Shown here: piece after piece, positions 1 to 11,857 of the stretch
How the letters are laid out: each line of letters begins with the position of its first letter
Numbering within the stretch: position 1 is the stretch's first letter
NCBI RefSeq assembly: GCF_004010195.1
Contig: NC_057719.1
Coordinates: 1,193,941-1,239,816, forward strand
Direction of reading: 5' to 3'
DNA: 45,876 bases
Origin: Chiloscyllium plagiosum
Taxonomy: Eukaryota
Notes under the pieces: generated by a model
What the model was told of the DNA's origin: nothing
The model's database searches: none
What the model saw: only the letters and a program-made list of their open reading frames with translations
Made by a program: the position numbers and the translations under genes

Positions 1-345
1 TGGACTTCAACAGCTTCCTCATTTCCCCTTCCCCCACCTCATCCTAGTTTCAAACTTCCAGTCCCCTTGACTTGTCCGGACTTGTCCGACCTGCCTAGCT
101 CCTTTTCCACCTATCCACTCCACCCTCTCCTCCCTGACCTATCACCTTCATCCCCTCCCCCACTGACCCATTGTACTCTATGCTACTCTCTCCCCACCCC
201 CACCCTCCCCAAGCTTATCTCTCCATGCTTCAGGCTCACTGCCTTTATTCCTGATGAAGGGCTTTTGCCCGAAACGTCGATTTTGCTGAAGCTCCTCGAT
301 GCTGCCTGAACTGCTGTGCTCTTCCAGCACCACTAATCCAGAATT
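1..345 (+). mobile_element. Penelope-like element 3' end/pLTR (family A)
   Basis: Begins in the '..DFNSF' tail typical of the PLE GIY-YIG C-terminus, followed by a pyrimidine-rich UTR, an HHR and a 'gatgctgcctga..ctgctgtgctcttccagcac' terminus shared with 28990 and 38130. Confidence 0.7.
247..282 (+). ncRNA. Minimal hammerhead ribozyme motif (family A), core intact
   Basis: uc-CUGAUGA-A-GGGC-uuuu-GCCC-GAA-ACGU-C|ga. Predicted cleavage is after 278. Confidence 0.75.
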
Positions 346-349
346 AGGT

Positions 350-570
350 TGTCATAGTCTTACCAGACCATAGGGGCTGCTCTCTTATTAGAGAGAAGTA
401 GCTGATGGTGATTTAACTGGAGGGCCACCAAACCCCAGGCAAGTGAGGAGGTTGAGAAGGAAAACCCTTCATGGTAACCTCAAACCAGTGATGGGAATTG
501 ACCCCATGCTCTTGGCATCACACTCCTCTACAAACCATCAATCCAGCCAACTGAGCTAAACCAATTCCCA
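350..570 (-). mobile_element. tRNA-derived SINE (non-HE1)
   Basis: The minus strand begins gggaattggtttagctcagttgg (A box), followed by gggtcaattccc (B-box-like). Confidence 0.55.
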
Positions 571-1157
571 GCATCATTATAGTGAATGAAATTTGAAGAG
601 AGAAAGACAATGAAGGTCAATTTTGTTTCCTATTCTTCTGATTTATTTCTTGGATTTTGCTCCTAGCAGTGACCAAATCAATCTTCGATTGCTGGAGACT
701 TCAGGGTTGGAGAGTTGGTAACTCTAGGATATGATGCTGCCATCCAGACCCTTTGGATCTATACTGTTTGATATTCTGCTGCAAATGTCATTTTTGATTT
801 TATAATTGTACTTTTTGCAGTTGATTGCAGCAGTACCTGCACATTGGGTCTGGAAGGATGACACAAACACACTTGAATTAGTCAGGTACGTGAATGAATC
901 TGTTCATACCAAAGACTACCCGCAGTGTTCCCCCTCTGTTGATGTGTTCAGTCAGTTGTTCTGGGAAAAGGCTAACTCAGATTGTACGCAGGTTCCTGCC
1001 CATAACCTGGTGAGCTCTGAAAGAAACAATTTATGTTCGAGGAGAGTCATAGAATCATAGAGCTATACAACATGGAAGCAGACACTCCAGTCCAACACAT
1101 CTATGCCAACCAGATATCCTAAATTTATCTAGAGTATTGGTGAACAAAGACGTACCT

Positions 1158-1190
1158 TGCAAAGCTTTTCATCTTGAACTTATCAGGACC
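1158..1190 (-). ncRNA. Degenerate HHR-like motif (family E)
   Basis: Reverse complement reads guc-CUGAUAA-guucaagau-GAA-AAGCUU-U. It is the inverted partner of 1596-1627. Confidence 0.35.
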
Positions 1191-1595
1191 ATACACAAGG
1201 ATACCAATGTACAGGGGAACAACCTTACGTACTGAATGAGAAAAGAGTGCTGGTTAGTTAGCAGATTGACTCTGATTGGTAGGAGCGGACCATTAAGCCC
1301 CTCAAACCTGCTTCACCATTTAATAAGATTATCGCTAATGTGCATTTTTCGAGTTAGAATTAGGTTTATTATCACGTTGTTCAAGCACAGGGATAAGCAA
1401 ATACAGTGAAAAGCGTACAAAATTCCGAATCCTGGCACCATTTTAGGTACAAAGATACCTCGATACAAAATCCAGTACAGTATGAAATGCTGGAGATCAC
1501 AGTGGGTCAGGCAGCATCCGTGGGGAGAGAGCAAGCTAACATCTTGAGTCTAGATGAAATTCCATTTCATTTGTCATTAGTGTTTCTTATGAATT

Positions 1596-1627
1596 ATCCT
1601 GATGAATTCAAGATGAAAAGCTTCACA
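1596..1627 (+). ncRNA. HHR-like motif (family E, hexamer palindrome)
   Basis: CUGAUGA-auucaagau-GAA-AAGCUU-C. Stem II is only about 2 bp. Confidence 0.4.
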
Positions 1628-1863
1628 AAGTACATTTTACTCAGCAATACTGAGTGCAGCAAGTGCTGCAGCAGTGAAGATGCAACGCCCTCTGCAACCA
1701 TGTCCTGGAGTGCTGGTTTGCTTCAGCAACATCAACGGTGTGGTGGACCTGGCCTGGAATGCTAACGGCCCGGGATTCCAACGTTCCGAATCGAGGTGAG
1801 TTCAGCCCAGAATTCCAATGGCCTAGGATAGCTTGAGGTGGCTTTTGTGGTGTCTTCCAGCCT

Positions 1864-2075
1864 GGGATTCCCACGGCCCAGAATGGTGGCTTGGGATTCC
1901 CAAGGCCCAGAATGGTGGCTTGGGATTCCCATGGCCCAGAATGGTGGCTAGGGATTCCCATGGCCCAGAATGGTAGCTAGGGATTCCCACGGCCCAGAAT
2001 GGTGGTCTGCTTCAGCAGCTTCAGCAGTGTGGTGGTCCGGTCTGGGATTCCCACGGCCCAGAATGGTGATCTGCT
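1864..2075. repeat. 29-bp minisatellite
   Basis: The unit gggattcccayggcccagaatggtggctw starts at 1864, 1893, 1922, 1951 and 1980, with a further copy near 2045. Confidence 0.9.
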
Positions 2076-2269
2076 TCAGCAGCTTTAGGGGTGGGGGAGG
2101 TCCAGCCCAGGATTGGGTGGCTTCAATGTCATTGTTCTGCAGCGGTGGAGAAGGTGGTTTCTGTCTTTTCCTTGACCTTGAGAACCACATTGTATTTATT
2201 CTATCCATGCTCCTCAATGTGAATTGAACAAACCTGGACTTTGTCTAATTTTTTTTATATATGTAATTT

Positions 2270-3170
2270 CTGTTATCAAAATTTGAGGTGTAGTGGACAG
2301 TGAAGAAGGTTACCTCAGAGTACAAGAGGATCATGATCAGATGGGCCAATGGGCCGAGGAGTGGCAGATGGAGTTTAATTTAGATAAATGTGAGGTGCTG
2401 CATTTTGGAAAGGCAAATTAGGGTAAGGCTTGTACACTTAATGGTAAGGTCCTGGGGAGTTTTGCTGAACAAAGTGACCTTGGAATGCAGGTTCATAGCT
2501 CCTTGAAAATGGAATTGCAGGTACATAGGATAATGAAGAAGGCATTTGTGCAGGAGTGTAGAAGTTGAGAGATTATGTTCCAGCAGTACAGGACATTGGT
2601 TAGGCTACTTTTGCAATATTGTGTACAATTCTGGTCTCCCTCCTATTGGAAACATGTTGTGAAACTTGAAAGAGTTCAGACAAGATTTACAAGGATGTTC
2701 CCAGGATTAGAGGGTTTGAGCGATAGGGAGAGGCTGAATAGGCTGGGGCTGTTTTCCCTGGAGCATTGGAGTCTGAGAATTGATCTTTCACAGGTTTATA
2801 AAATCATGAGGGACATGGATAGGGTAAATAGACCAGGTCTTTTCCCTGGGGTGGGGGAGTCCAAAACTAGACAGCATAGGTTTAACGTGCGAGAGGAAAA
2901 ATTTAAAAGGGACCTGAGGGGCACATCTTTCACACAAAAGGTGGTACGTGTATGGAATGAGCTGCCAGAGGAAGTGGTGGAGGCTGGTATAATTACAGTA
3001 TTGAAAAGGCATCTGGATGGGTATATGAATAGGAAGGATTGAGAGGGATATGGGCCAAGTGCTAGCAAATTGGGACTAGATTAATTTAGGATATCTGGTC
3101 AGCATGGACGAATTGGACCGAGGGATCTGCTTCCGTGCTGTAGATCTCTCTGACTCTATGACTCTATCTA
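2270..3170 (+). mobile_element. CR1 LINE 3' part (RT C-terminus and tail), decayed
   Basis: YRTLVRLLLQYCVQFWSP...KLERVQTRFTRM...RLNRLGLFSLE, ending in a (tctatgac)n tail. Confidence 0.9.
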
Positions 3171-3539
3171 TGTCTTTCCATGAATGCCTTAAAATTCTCT
3201 TGGCACAACCCTCCCTGTCTCTGTAATTTCCTTTAACTCCAAAACTTGTGAGATCTCTGCACTCCATTAATTCTGCTCTTATGAGCATCTCTGATTTTAA
3301 TCACTCTTTCATTGATCATGGTACCACCAAACTCTGGAATTCTATCCCTGTGCCAATCCACTTTGTTACCTCACTTTTCTCCTTAAAACCCACTCTTTGG
3401 CCAAGCTTATGGTCAATTATCCTTGTAGTGATTATAACGAGGTCAGCCAGATGGAGCTCATAGAATGAGTTCCCTAATTGGGGCTGTTAATCTGGTCCAA
3501 TCAGGGAGCCCTGGCTGACAGATAAAATGGATGAGTGTC

Positions 3540-3791
3540 TCTATGCCTTTATGGAGAGGTGGGAATCATGGAGTGCTTCATTTCTGCCTCCAATTCTATT
3601 TTGATTTAGTCTCCTCCTCCTCTCCCTATCTGCCCACATTTCACTTTTTGATACAAGCATTGCCCTTGTCGGGCTCTGCTTGTTAACGTTCCACTAGCCA
3701 CATGAGTATTTTTCCTGGTGGTGGAGAATATAGAATAAAGTCTTTGCACAGTGGTGTATTTTAAGAAAAGCAAAGAAAACAGAAAAACAAA
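3540..3791 (+). mobile_element. 5'-truncated retroposed fragment (probably an L1/Tx1 3' end)
   Basis: 10-bp direct repeat gatgagtgtc at 3530-3539 and 3792-3801, AATAAA near 3734, an A-rich tail, and a YAFMERWESW-like ORF end. Confidence 0.6.
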
Positions 3792-3835
3792 GATGAGTGT
3801 CAGAGATACTGACACTCTGGTGCCTGACCCTGAAT

Positions 3836-4130
3836 GATTAGATTAGATTACTTACAGTGTGGAAACAGGCCCTTCGGCCCAAAAAGTCCACACCAACCCG
3901 CAACCCACCCAGACCCGTTCCCTACATTTACCCCTTCACCTAACACTACAGGCAATTTAGCATGGCCAGTTCACCTAACCTGCACATTTTTGGACTGTGG
4001 GAGGAAACCGGAGCACACCCACGCAGACACGGGGAGAATGTGCAAACTCCGCACAGACAGTCACCTGAGACAGGAATTGAACCCGGGTCTCTGGCGCTGG
4101 GAGGCAGCAGTGCTAGCCACTGTGCCACCC
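3836..4130 (-). mobile_element. HE1-type tRNA-derived SINE
   Basis: Minus-strand A box tggcacagtgg, B box ggttcaattcc, conserved core gtttgcacattctccccgtgtctgc and a (tctaa)n tail. Confidence 0.9.
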
Positions 4131-4177
4131 ATAAATGAGGCAGACTAAAGTTAAGGACTGTTCATGTATAAGTCAAA

Positions 4178-4645
4178 GGTAACAGGAAGAAAGTTAGCCA
4201 CCAGGATACATGAACACTAGCTAGCCACACAAAAAGACATGACCCTCTCTCCCTCGTTGCCCTACACACGGAGGAAAAAAAACCCACCATTTTGACTGGG
4301 ACAACACATCTATCCTGGGACAGGCTAAGCAAAGACATGCCAGAGAATTCCTAGAGGCCTGGCAATCCAACCACAACGCCATAAACAAACACATAGATCT
4401 AGGTACCATCTATCAACCCCTCAGAAAACGAACAGGAAATGACATCACCACAAACCCCAGGAATCCCATCCAGGACAAACATATAAATAGAAAGGAGGAG
4501 ACAACAGCTTTGCTTCACTTGGAGGTCGCCACTGATGATGTTACCTAGCCAGGTAATGAAATGTCTGGATACCAATCCTACAGCTCAAAGAGCAAACCTA
4601 CACCCTAAACCTCAACATGAGCTACAAACCTTCACAAACCTTGCA
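4178..4645 (+). mobile_element. Penelope-like element 3' fragment (family C)
   Basis: GIY-YIG C-terminal remnant (TGRKLATRIHEH...HFDWDNTSIL), closely similar to 34915-35478, and carries an HHR. Confidence 0.8.
4529..4568 (+). ncRNA. Minimal hammerhead motif (family C)
   Basis: CCA-CUGAUGA-U-GUUACC-uagcca-GGUAAU-GAA-AUGU-C|UGG, with stem I CCA/UGG. Confidence 0.7.
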
Positions 4646-4674
4646 GTCACCCTACAAACTTGTATGTGTGTGTA

Positions 4675-6808
4675 CCCCACCACAAAAATGGATCCCATGA
4701 GTCTTGCAGCAGACACGGAGGACTTCATCAGAACGAATGAGGCTCCAGGAATTCTTTCAAGAAGCCAGCAGTGATCCCAGTGAGCCCACCGAGGAAGCAG
4801 AACAGTCATCAGAGATGTCTGTAGAGGAGTGACCAAAGAAGGAGTCAATTTGGACCCCACTGGAGGGCTGCCCTGGGTGTGACATGTGTGCTCAAACTGT
4901 CAGGAAATATATAAATGCCAGATGCATCAGCCGTACCCGTAAGGTAGAGCAAAACATCACCGGTTCACAACACAACACCATCCATGCTCTCAAAACCAAT
5001 CACAACATTGTCATCAAATCAGCAGATAAAGGAGGAGCCATCGTTATTCAGAATAGAACGGACTACTGCAAGGAAGTGTACCGACAACTGAACAACCAGG
5101 AACACTACAGGCAACTACCGGCTAATCCGACCAAAGAACACACCCGTGATCTAAACACATTGATCAGGAGTTAGGATCCAGTCCTTCAGGGTTCCCCACG
5201 CACTCTCATCCCACGTACTTCTCGCATAGGAGACTTCTATTGCCTTCCAAAATACATAAAGCCAACCCACCAGGACGTCCCATCCTATCAGGCAATTGGA
5301 CCCTGTGTGAGAATCTCTCTGGCTAGATCAAAGGCATCTTGAAACCCATTGTAGAGGGGACCCCAAGCTTCTGTCACAACACTACAGATTTCTTACAGAA
5401 ACTCAGCATTGCCCGGACCAGTCGAACCAGGAACATTCCTCGTCACAATTGATGTTTCAGCACCCTACAACAGCATCCTCCACAATGAAGGCATCACAGC
5501 AACAGCCTCAGTACTCAGTATCAACAACTGCCAATCTCCAAGCACCATCCTACAACTCCTCATCCGCTTTATCCTCAACCACAGCATTTTCACCTTTGAC
5601 AACCAGTAGTTCATCCAGATACATGGAACAGCCATGGGGACCAAATTTTCACCCCAATATGCCAACATTTTCATGCACAGATTCAAAAAAGTCTTCTTCT
5701 CTACGTAGGACCTCCAACCAACACCATATACCAAGTATATTGACGATAGTTATTTCCTCTGGACCCATGGTGAGGAGTCACTGAAACAACCACACAGTGA
5801 TATCAATGAGTTTCATCCCACCATCAGACTTACCATGGACTACTCTCTACTATCTGTCTCATTCTTGGACACATGCATCTCTAAGGATGGGCACCTCAGC
5901 ACCTCATTCTACCATAAACCCATGGATAACCTCACGATGCTGCACTTCTCCAGCTTCCACCCAAAACATATTAAAACAACGACCCCGAAAGACAAGCCCT
6001 ACGCATACACCGGATCTGTTCAGATGAGGAGGAACATGATGGGCAATTGGAAGTACCTACGGATGCCCTCATAAGAATGGAGTATGATGCTCAACTCATC
6101 GACCGCCAGTTCTGACATGCCACAGTGAGAAACCGTAATGACAGACACGAGCTGCAACCGACAGGGTACCCTTCATTGTCCGGTACTTCCCAGGAGCCGA
6201 AAAACTAAGCCATATTCTTCGCGGCCTGCAGCACATTATCAATGAGGATGAGCACATGACCAAGACCTTCCCTACACCTCCACTGCTCGCTTTTAAACAA
6301 CCACCAAACCTCAAACAGATAATTGGTCGTAGCAAACTGCCCAGCTTTCAGGACGATACCATACAAACTTGTCACGGTTGTGAGACATGTCAGAGTGTCA
6401 TCACAGGCAACACCATTACACGTGGGGACCCCTCCCACCATGTATATGGCAGGTACTCATGTGACTCGGCCAAAGTTGTCTGCAGGCAAGGATGCCCTGA
6501 GACATGGTACATTGGTGAGACCAAGCAGAGGCTACGGCAACGGATAAATGAACACCACACAGCTATCAACAGACAGGAGTGTTCCCTTCAAGTCAGAGAA
6601 CACTTCAGCGGTCCAGGACACTTGACCTTGGATCTTTGGGTGATCGTCCTCCAAGGCAGACTTCGAGACAGGCAACAACGCAAAGTGGCTGAGCAGAGGC
6701 TGATAGCCAAGTTCGGTACCCATGGGGATTGCCTCAACCCCAGAACCTCGGGTTCATGTCACACTACAAGTGACCCCTTTGCACTACGCACACAGAGACA
6801 TACACAGT

Positions 6809-6864
<56 letters not shown>

Positions 6865-7132
6865 TCCTACAGACCCAGACATTCACGCAGACCCTCTCTC
6901 ATACGTTCACACATGCACCCCCACACTCACACACCCTCTCACAAACCTGTGCCCCTTTACACTCACCCTCACGCACATGCACATACTCTCTCACAGACAC
7001 TTATACCCCGCTGTGCACACACACCCACATGCACGCACACACACACGTATAAGTTTGTGAAGTGAATTTGTACTTGCAGAATTGCATTTTATTTTGCTCA
7101 AAAACTGCGTGAATCCATGTAAGATTCTGTAA
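4675..7132 (+). mobile_element. Penelope-like element (family D), near full-length decayed RT + GIY-YIG ORF, 5' part
   Basis: Motifs IVIKSADKGGAIVI, FYCLPKIHK..PGRPI, LVTIDVSAPYNSI, GTAMG, KYIDD, SFLD and WYIGETKQRLRQRINEH, with multiple stops and frameshifts. A (CA)n-rich 3' UTR follows. Confidence 0.92.
6809..6862. repeat. (CA)n microsatellite in the PLE 3' UTR
   Basis: Seen directly in the sequence. Confidence 0.95.
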
Positions 7133-7734
7133 TTTTTTTTTTATTTCAAAAATATACTTTATTCATAAAATACTTTGATGATCTGTACAACTGGACATGC
7201 CATACATATGTAAACATTCCATTTGTTTGCATACCGAAAACAGAGTAATCATTCCTATTTACAGGTCTGTACAATTACATTTTTAGCTGAGGCGTCAGCA
7301 GAGCCCAAATTACTGCGTGGGCCCCTGTTCTTCTTCGTCAGGCAGATGTTACAAGGTGGTCTTTCCCCACCGCGCCTTGGGGCAGCTGCCCCAAGCTTCA
7401 GCGCCTCCCTCAACACGTAGTCCTGGACCTTGGAATGTGCCAGTCTGCAACACTCAGTCGGGGTCAACTCCTTCAGCTGGAAGATCAACAGGTTTCGGAC
7501 TGCCCAGAGAGCGTCCTTCACCGAGTTGGTGATCCTCCAGGCACAGTTGATGTTCGTCTAGGTGTGCGTCCCGGGGAACAGGCCGTAGAGCACGGAGTCC
7601 CGCGTCACGGCGCTGCTCGGGACGAACTTCGACAAACACCACTGCATTCCTCTCCAGACTTCCTCTGCGTAGGCACATTCCAGAAGGAGGTGTGTGACAG
7701 TCTCGTCCCCCCCGCAACCGCTTCGAGGGCAGCG
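7133..7734 (-). mobile_element. Tx1/L1-clade LINE 3' segment (ORF2 C-terminal Cys/His region, AATAAA, polyA)
   Basis: Minus strand reads RCPRSGCGGDETVTHLLLEC...KDALWAVRNLLIFQ...VQDYVLRE. A T-tract at 7133 abuts the TSD. Confidence 0.88.
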
Positions 7735-10695
7735 TAAACATTCACTGGCTTTGGCCTAACGCCAATTCAGGTACCAGCCAACCTCAGAGCTATGGTCTCA
7801 GCAGCCGCTTGTAGCCCAGGCCAGGGCATTCACAACACAGTCAGGGTGACTGTGAAGAAGGTGGAGGAGCACACAAGTCGATCGGACAGTGTTTGTGAAG
7901 ATTTTGCTGGAGTGCTGCGGGTTCGAAGCCGCGGACGTGTACTGCCTGCAGGATTTCCCTGCGGCAGGCTATTTCGATGTGACCTTCAGGAGTGTGAAGA
8001 ATTGCGAGCAGCTCCTGAAGGTCTTCAAGGAGAAGGAAGGGGAACCTCTGTTCTCCATCTTGTCGGCGGTCCCATTGTGTGTGCTTCCTGCGCAGAGGAG
8101 TCGGGTTGTAACAATCCAGATGTACAACCCTCACGTCCCAGCAGCAGATCTTGAAAAGATACGTCCAGGTCGAGGGAGAGAGTACCGATGTGGTCGATCC
8201 TTTCGGGATCTGAACCAGCAAACGACAGGTCAGGGTAACCCTGAGGGTCGATGCCAGTGGGAACATCCTCCACCCACCCTCCAGCTTTGCCATCGGAGGA
8301 AGCAGAGGTTACCGGACATACGCAGGGCAGCTGAAAGTGTGCTGTACCTGCGGGAGGTCAGGCCACATGGCGGCGGATTGTAAGGTGACCATCTGCCTAA
8401 ACTGCAAGCAGGAAGGCCACCCGACCAAGGAATGTAAGGAGGCCAAGAACTGCAATCTGTGCAGAGAGGCGGGCCACATGTACAAGGCCTGCCCAAGACG
8501 AGGGGCCGCCACCTAAGCACAGATGGCCGGAGGTGGCAACACGAGCCGTGGACCGCCTAAGACCAGCAAGGTACCACAAAACAGCACGGTGTCTGGAGGC
8601 ACCCAGAAGGAAGGGCAGGCTGTAGCGGAGCAGACGGCAGACAGCGGGGAGGTGCAGCAGCCGATCCAAGCTCCTTCAAGACAGACAGAGGAAATGGAAG
8701 AGAAGGGACCAAAGGAAGCAGAGGATTGGATTACTGTCAAAAGCAGGAAGAGGAAACCTCCCAAAGCCACCCAGCGAAGGGGGAAGCAACACCTACATGA
8801 CGAGGATACAGGCAGCTCTTCCGACGCTGAGAACGGGCGCAAGGAGGGTCATCACCAGAGGAAGAGACAGAGCGCCGTGGGGAAAAAGGAGGGCAGCACC
8901 GCCCAAGCATGGAAAGACGATCCCTCTGAGGGACAGGTAAAGCCCTCCCCCCACCCGGTGAGAACCAAGAGGTACCCACCGGCCCACAGCTCCAGGTAAC
9001 TGGGAGCAGCGGTCCTGTGACAGCCCCGCTGTCAGATGGAGAACTGGACTATACGGACCCTGGGCCTGACCCGAAGACACCAGAGCGGGGAAATGGCTCC
9101 AGCGTGGAGCCGGACAGCTACCTCAGCCCTGGGATGGTCCTGCAGTTTGCTGTCACCACGGGGATGCACACAGCTACCCCAGAGGGGCAAGACCAGCAGC
9201 AAACGGACAGTGTCAACCTTGTAAACTGTTAAAATGGGGTTAAAAATTGCCAGCATCAATGTGTGTAGCATCAAATCGGCTACGCGATGTGTTTCTACGA
9301 TGGCCTTCCTGGCCAACGTTAAAGCCGACGTCCTGTTCCTGCAGGAGTGTGGGATACCGCACCTCAGCAGCTACAGGAGATGGTCGAGCTTGTGGGCCCA
9401 TGGGCCATCAGTTTGGTCGGGGGGCAACAATAACCGCGCCTCCGGCNNNNNNNNNNNNNNNNNNNNNNNNNNNNNNNNNNNNNNNNNNNNNNNNNNNNNN
9501 NNNNNNNNNNNNNNNNNNNNNNNNNNNNNNNNNNNNNNNNNNNNNNNNNNNNNNNNNNNNNNNNNNNNNNNNNNNNNNNNNNNNNNNNNNNNNNNNNNNN
9601 NNNNNNNNNNNNNNNNNNNNNNNNNNNNNNNNNNNNNNNNNNNNNNNNNNNNNNNNNNNNNNNNNNNNNNNNNNNNNNNNNNNNNNNNNNNNNNNNNNNN
9701 NNNNNNNNNNNNNNNNNNNNNNNNNNNNNNNNNNNNNNNNNNNNNNNNNNNNNNNNNNNNNNNNNNNNNNNNNNNNNNNNNNNNNNNNNNNNNNNNNNNN
9801 NNNNNNNNNNNNNNNNNNNNNNNNNNNNNNNNNNNNNNNNNNNNNNNNNNNNNNNNNNNNNNNNNNNNNNNNNNNNNNNNNNNNNNNNNNNNNNNNNNNN
9901 NNNNNNNNNNNNNNNNNNNNNNNNNNNNNNNNNNNNNNNNNNNNNNNNNNNNNNNNNNNNNNNNNNNNNNNNNNNNNNNNNNNNNNNNNNNNNNNNNNNN
10001 NNNNNNNNNNNNNNNNNNNNNNNNNNNNNNNNNNNNNNNNNNNNNNNNNNNNNNNNNNNNNNNNNNNNNNNNNNNNNNNNNNNNNNNNNNNNNNNNNNNN
10101 NNNNNNNNNNNNNNNNNNNNNNNNNNNNNNNNNNNNNNNNNNNNNNNNNNNNNNNNNNNNNNNNNNNNNNNNNNNNNNNNNNNNNNNNNNNNNNNNNNNN
10201 NNNNNNNNNNNNNNNNNNNNNNNNNNNNNNNNNNNNNNNNNNNNNNNNNNNNNNNNNNNNNNNNNNNNNNNNNNNNNNNNNNNNNNNNNNNNNNNNNNNN
10301 NNNNNNNNNNNNNNNNNNNNNNNNNNNNNNNNNNNNNNNNNNNNNNNNNNNNAACATGGGAGAGGCTGGACCAGCTGCTATCTCTGGACGAGCTGACCAA
10401 GGTCCTCGAGTCCTTCGAAAAGAATAAAACTCCTGGAAGCGACGGCTTACCGGTCGAGCTCTATTCCGCTCTGTGGGACTTGATTGGCCAGGACCTGCTG
10501 GAGGTGTATGTCAGTATGCTTCGGGCAGGTACCATGAGTGAATCCATGAGGAAAGGCATCATCACCCTCATCTACAAGCGGAAGGGGGAGAGGGAGGAGC
10601 TCAAAAATTGGAGACCAATCTCACTGTTGAATGCGGATTACAAAATTCTGTCAAAGGTAATCGCCAACCGGGTCAGGTCTGCTCTGGGGTTGGTG
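7735..10695 (+). mobile_element. Tx1/L1-clade LINE 5' segment (inverted): ORF1 with three CCHC knuckles, ORF2 APE endonuclease and start of RT
   Basis: ORF1 starts at ATG 7792 and is frameshifted. It contains CCTCGRSGHMAADC, CLNCKQEGHPTKEC and CNLCREAGHMYKAC, with a stop at 9230-9232. ORF2 starts at ATG 9234: IASINV...DVLFLQE, then KTPGSDGLPVE...WRPISLLNADYKIL after the gap. Confidence 0.9.
9447..10352. other. Assembly gap (others at 15305-15804, 17528-18334, 36748-37247 and 37592-38004)
   Basis: Runs of N. Confidence 1.
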
Positions 10696-11092
10696 ATGTA
10701 AGATTCTGTAAATCCCTTTTTTAGATTAGAATCAGTCTGAACGTTGGGGCACAGACAGCCTCACACAGGGCACCTCACACCTTCAATGCATTATCTGGGC
10801 CAGTGTGGCCCCTATTGTTGAAGTTCACTTGAGAATGTAACTTTAAGAAATTTACATATGGAAGAACTGAAACAACATGCCCATTCTAAAAGATGAGAGA
10901 CTTAACAAACAACCCAGGTCTTTTTCAATATATAATTTCAGTTACATCACATTGTAAACTTTTGCTGTAAATTCTGTGTCCTACGATCTTATACTGCACA
11001 ACCACCTGATGAAGGAGCAGCGCTCCGAAAGCTCGTACTTCCAAATAAACCTGTTGGACTATAACCTGGTGTTGTGTGATTTTTAACTTTGT
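10696..11092 (+). mobile_element. Penelope-like element (family D) pLTR, continuation after the Tx1 insertion
   Basis: Resumes at the duplicated atgtaagattctgtaa and is colinear with the uninterrupted copy at 22060-22480. Confidence 0.92.
11003..11037 (+). ncRNA. Minimal hammerhead motif (family D), core intact
   Basis: CAC-CUGAUGA-A-GGAGC-agc-GCUCC-GAA-AGCU-C|GUA. Confidence 0.75.
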
Positions 11093-11432
11093 ATGACTCT
11101 ATGACTTCTATGGAATCTGACTCTGAACACATAGGGGTGGCTGGGTATACCCGAGGTCCCTGCTGCTGTCTCTATAAACCTGGGAACTCAAAACCAGTTT
11201 GGTACACCTAACCTCTGGACAGTCACAACAGAGAACCGAGATAGCACCATTTCTGCCTACTACATTTCTTCCTGATTGTATTTAGGATCATGTTGATATG
11301 CCTTGCACAACCTGCGTAAACAGTACAGTTGGCAAATCCTTGGGTGACAAACTGGCTTTATTTGTAACTTGCAAATCTATTTTTAGCAGAAACCATCTCT
11401 TAGGAAGCCATTGTACAGTAGCAAATGCTAGT

Positions 11433-11752
11433 GGGCGGCACGGTGGCACAGTGGTTAGCACTGCTGCCTCACAGCGTCAGAGACCCGGGTTCAATTCCCG
11501 ACTCAGGCGACTGACTGTGTGGAGTTTGCACATTCTCCCCGTGTCTGCATGGGTTTCCTCCGGGTGCTCCGGTTTCCTCCCACAGTCCAAACATGTGCAG
11601 GTCAGGTGAATTGGCCATGCTAAATTGCCCATAGTGTTAGGTAAGGGGTAAATGTAGGGGTAGGGGTATGGGTGGGTTGCGCTTCGGCGGGGTGGTGTGC
11701 ACTTGTTGGGCCGAAAAGCCTGTTTCCACACTGTAAGTCATCTAATCTAATC
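11433..11752 (+). mobile_element. HE1-type SINE, full length
   Basis: Head gggcggcacggtggcacagtggttagc, B box ggttcaattcc and a tctaatctaatct tail. Confidence 0.93.
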
Positions 11753-11857
11753 TCGTGATCTTAAATGTGAATAAAACGTGCCAGGAAGACTTTGGGAATG
11801 AGATACAATCAGGACATGAGGAACACTTACTTTTTTCTTAAATTTAGCTAATATTTC

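Larger units (their letters stand above)
3425..4180 (+). mobile_element. Probable solo LTR, interrupted by two later insertions
   Basis: Starts with TGT and contains CCAAT (3497) and a TATA-like gataaaa (3521). The sequence resumes after the TSD-flanked insert and after the HE1 copy. The 3' end is not resolved. Confidence 0.4.

Noticed and set aside
1864..2075. CRISPR-like 29-bp repeats
   Set aside because: The units are head-to-tail with no unique spacers, there are no cas genes, and the context is vertebrate. This is a minisatellite.
6256..7065. His/Thr-rich protein
   Set aside because: It is a decayed GIY-YIG domain read through into (CA)n. The same applies to 21633-22055.
9234..10701. 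Long ORFs of 300-480 aa here and at the other gaps
   Set aside because: They are artefacts of translating N runs.
11433..11510. tRNA genes
   Set aside because: The A and B boxes continue into the HE1 SINE body and tail, so these are SINE heads rather than tRNAs.
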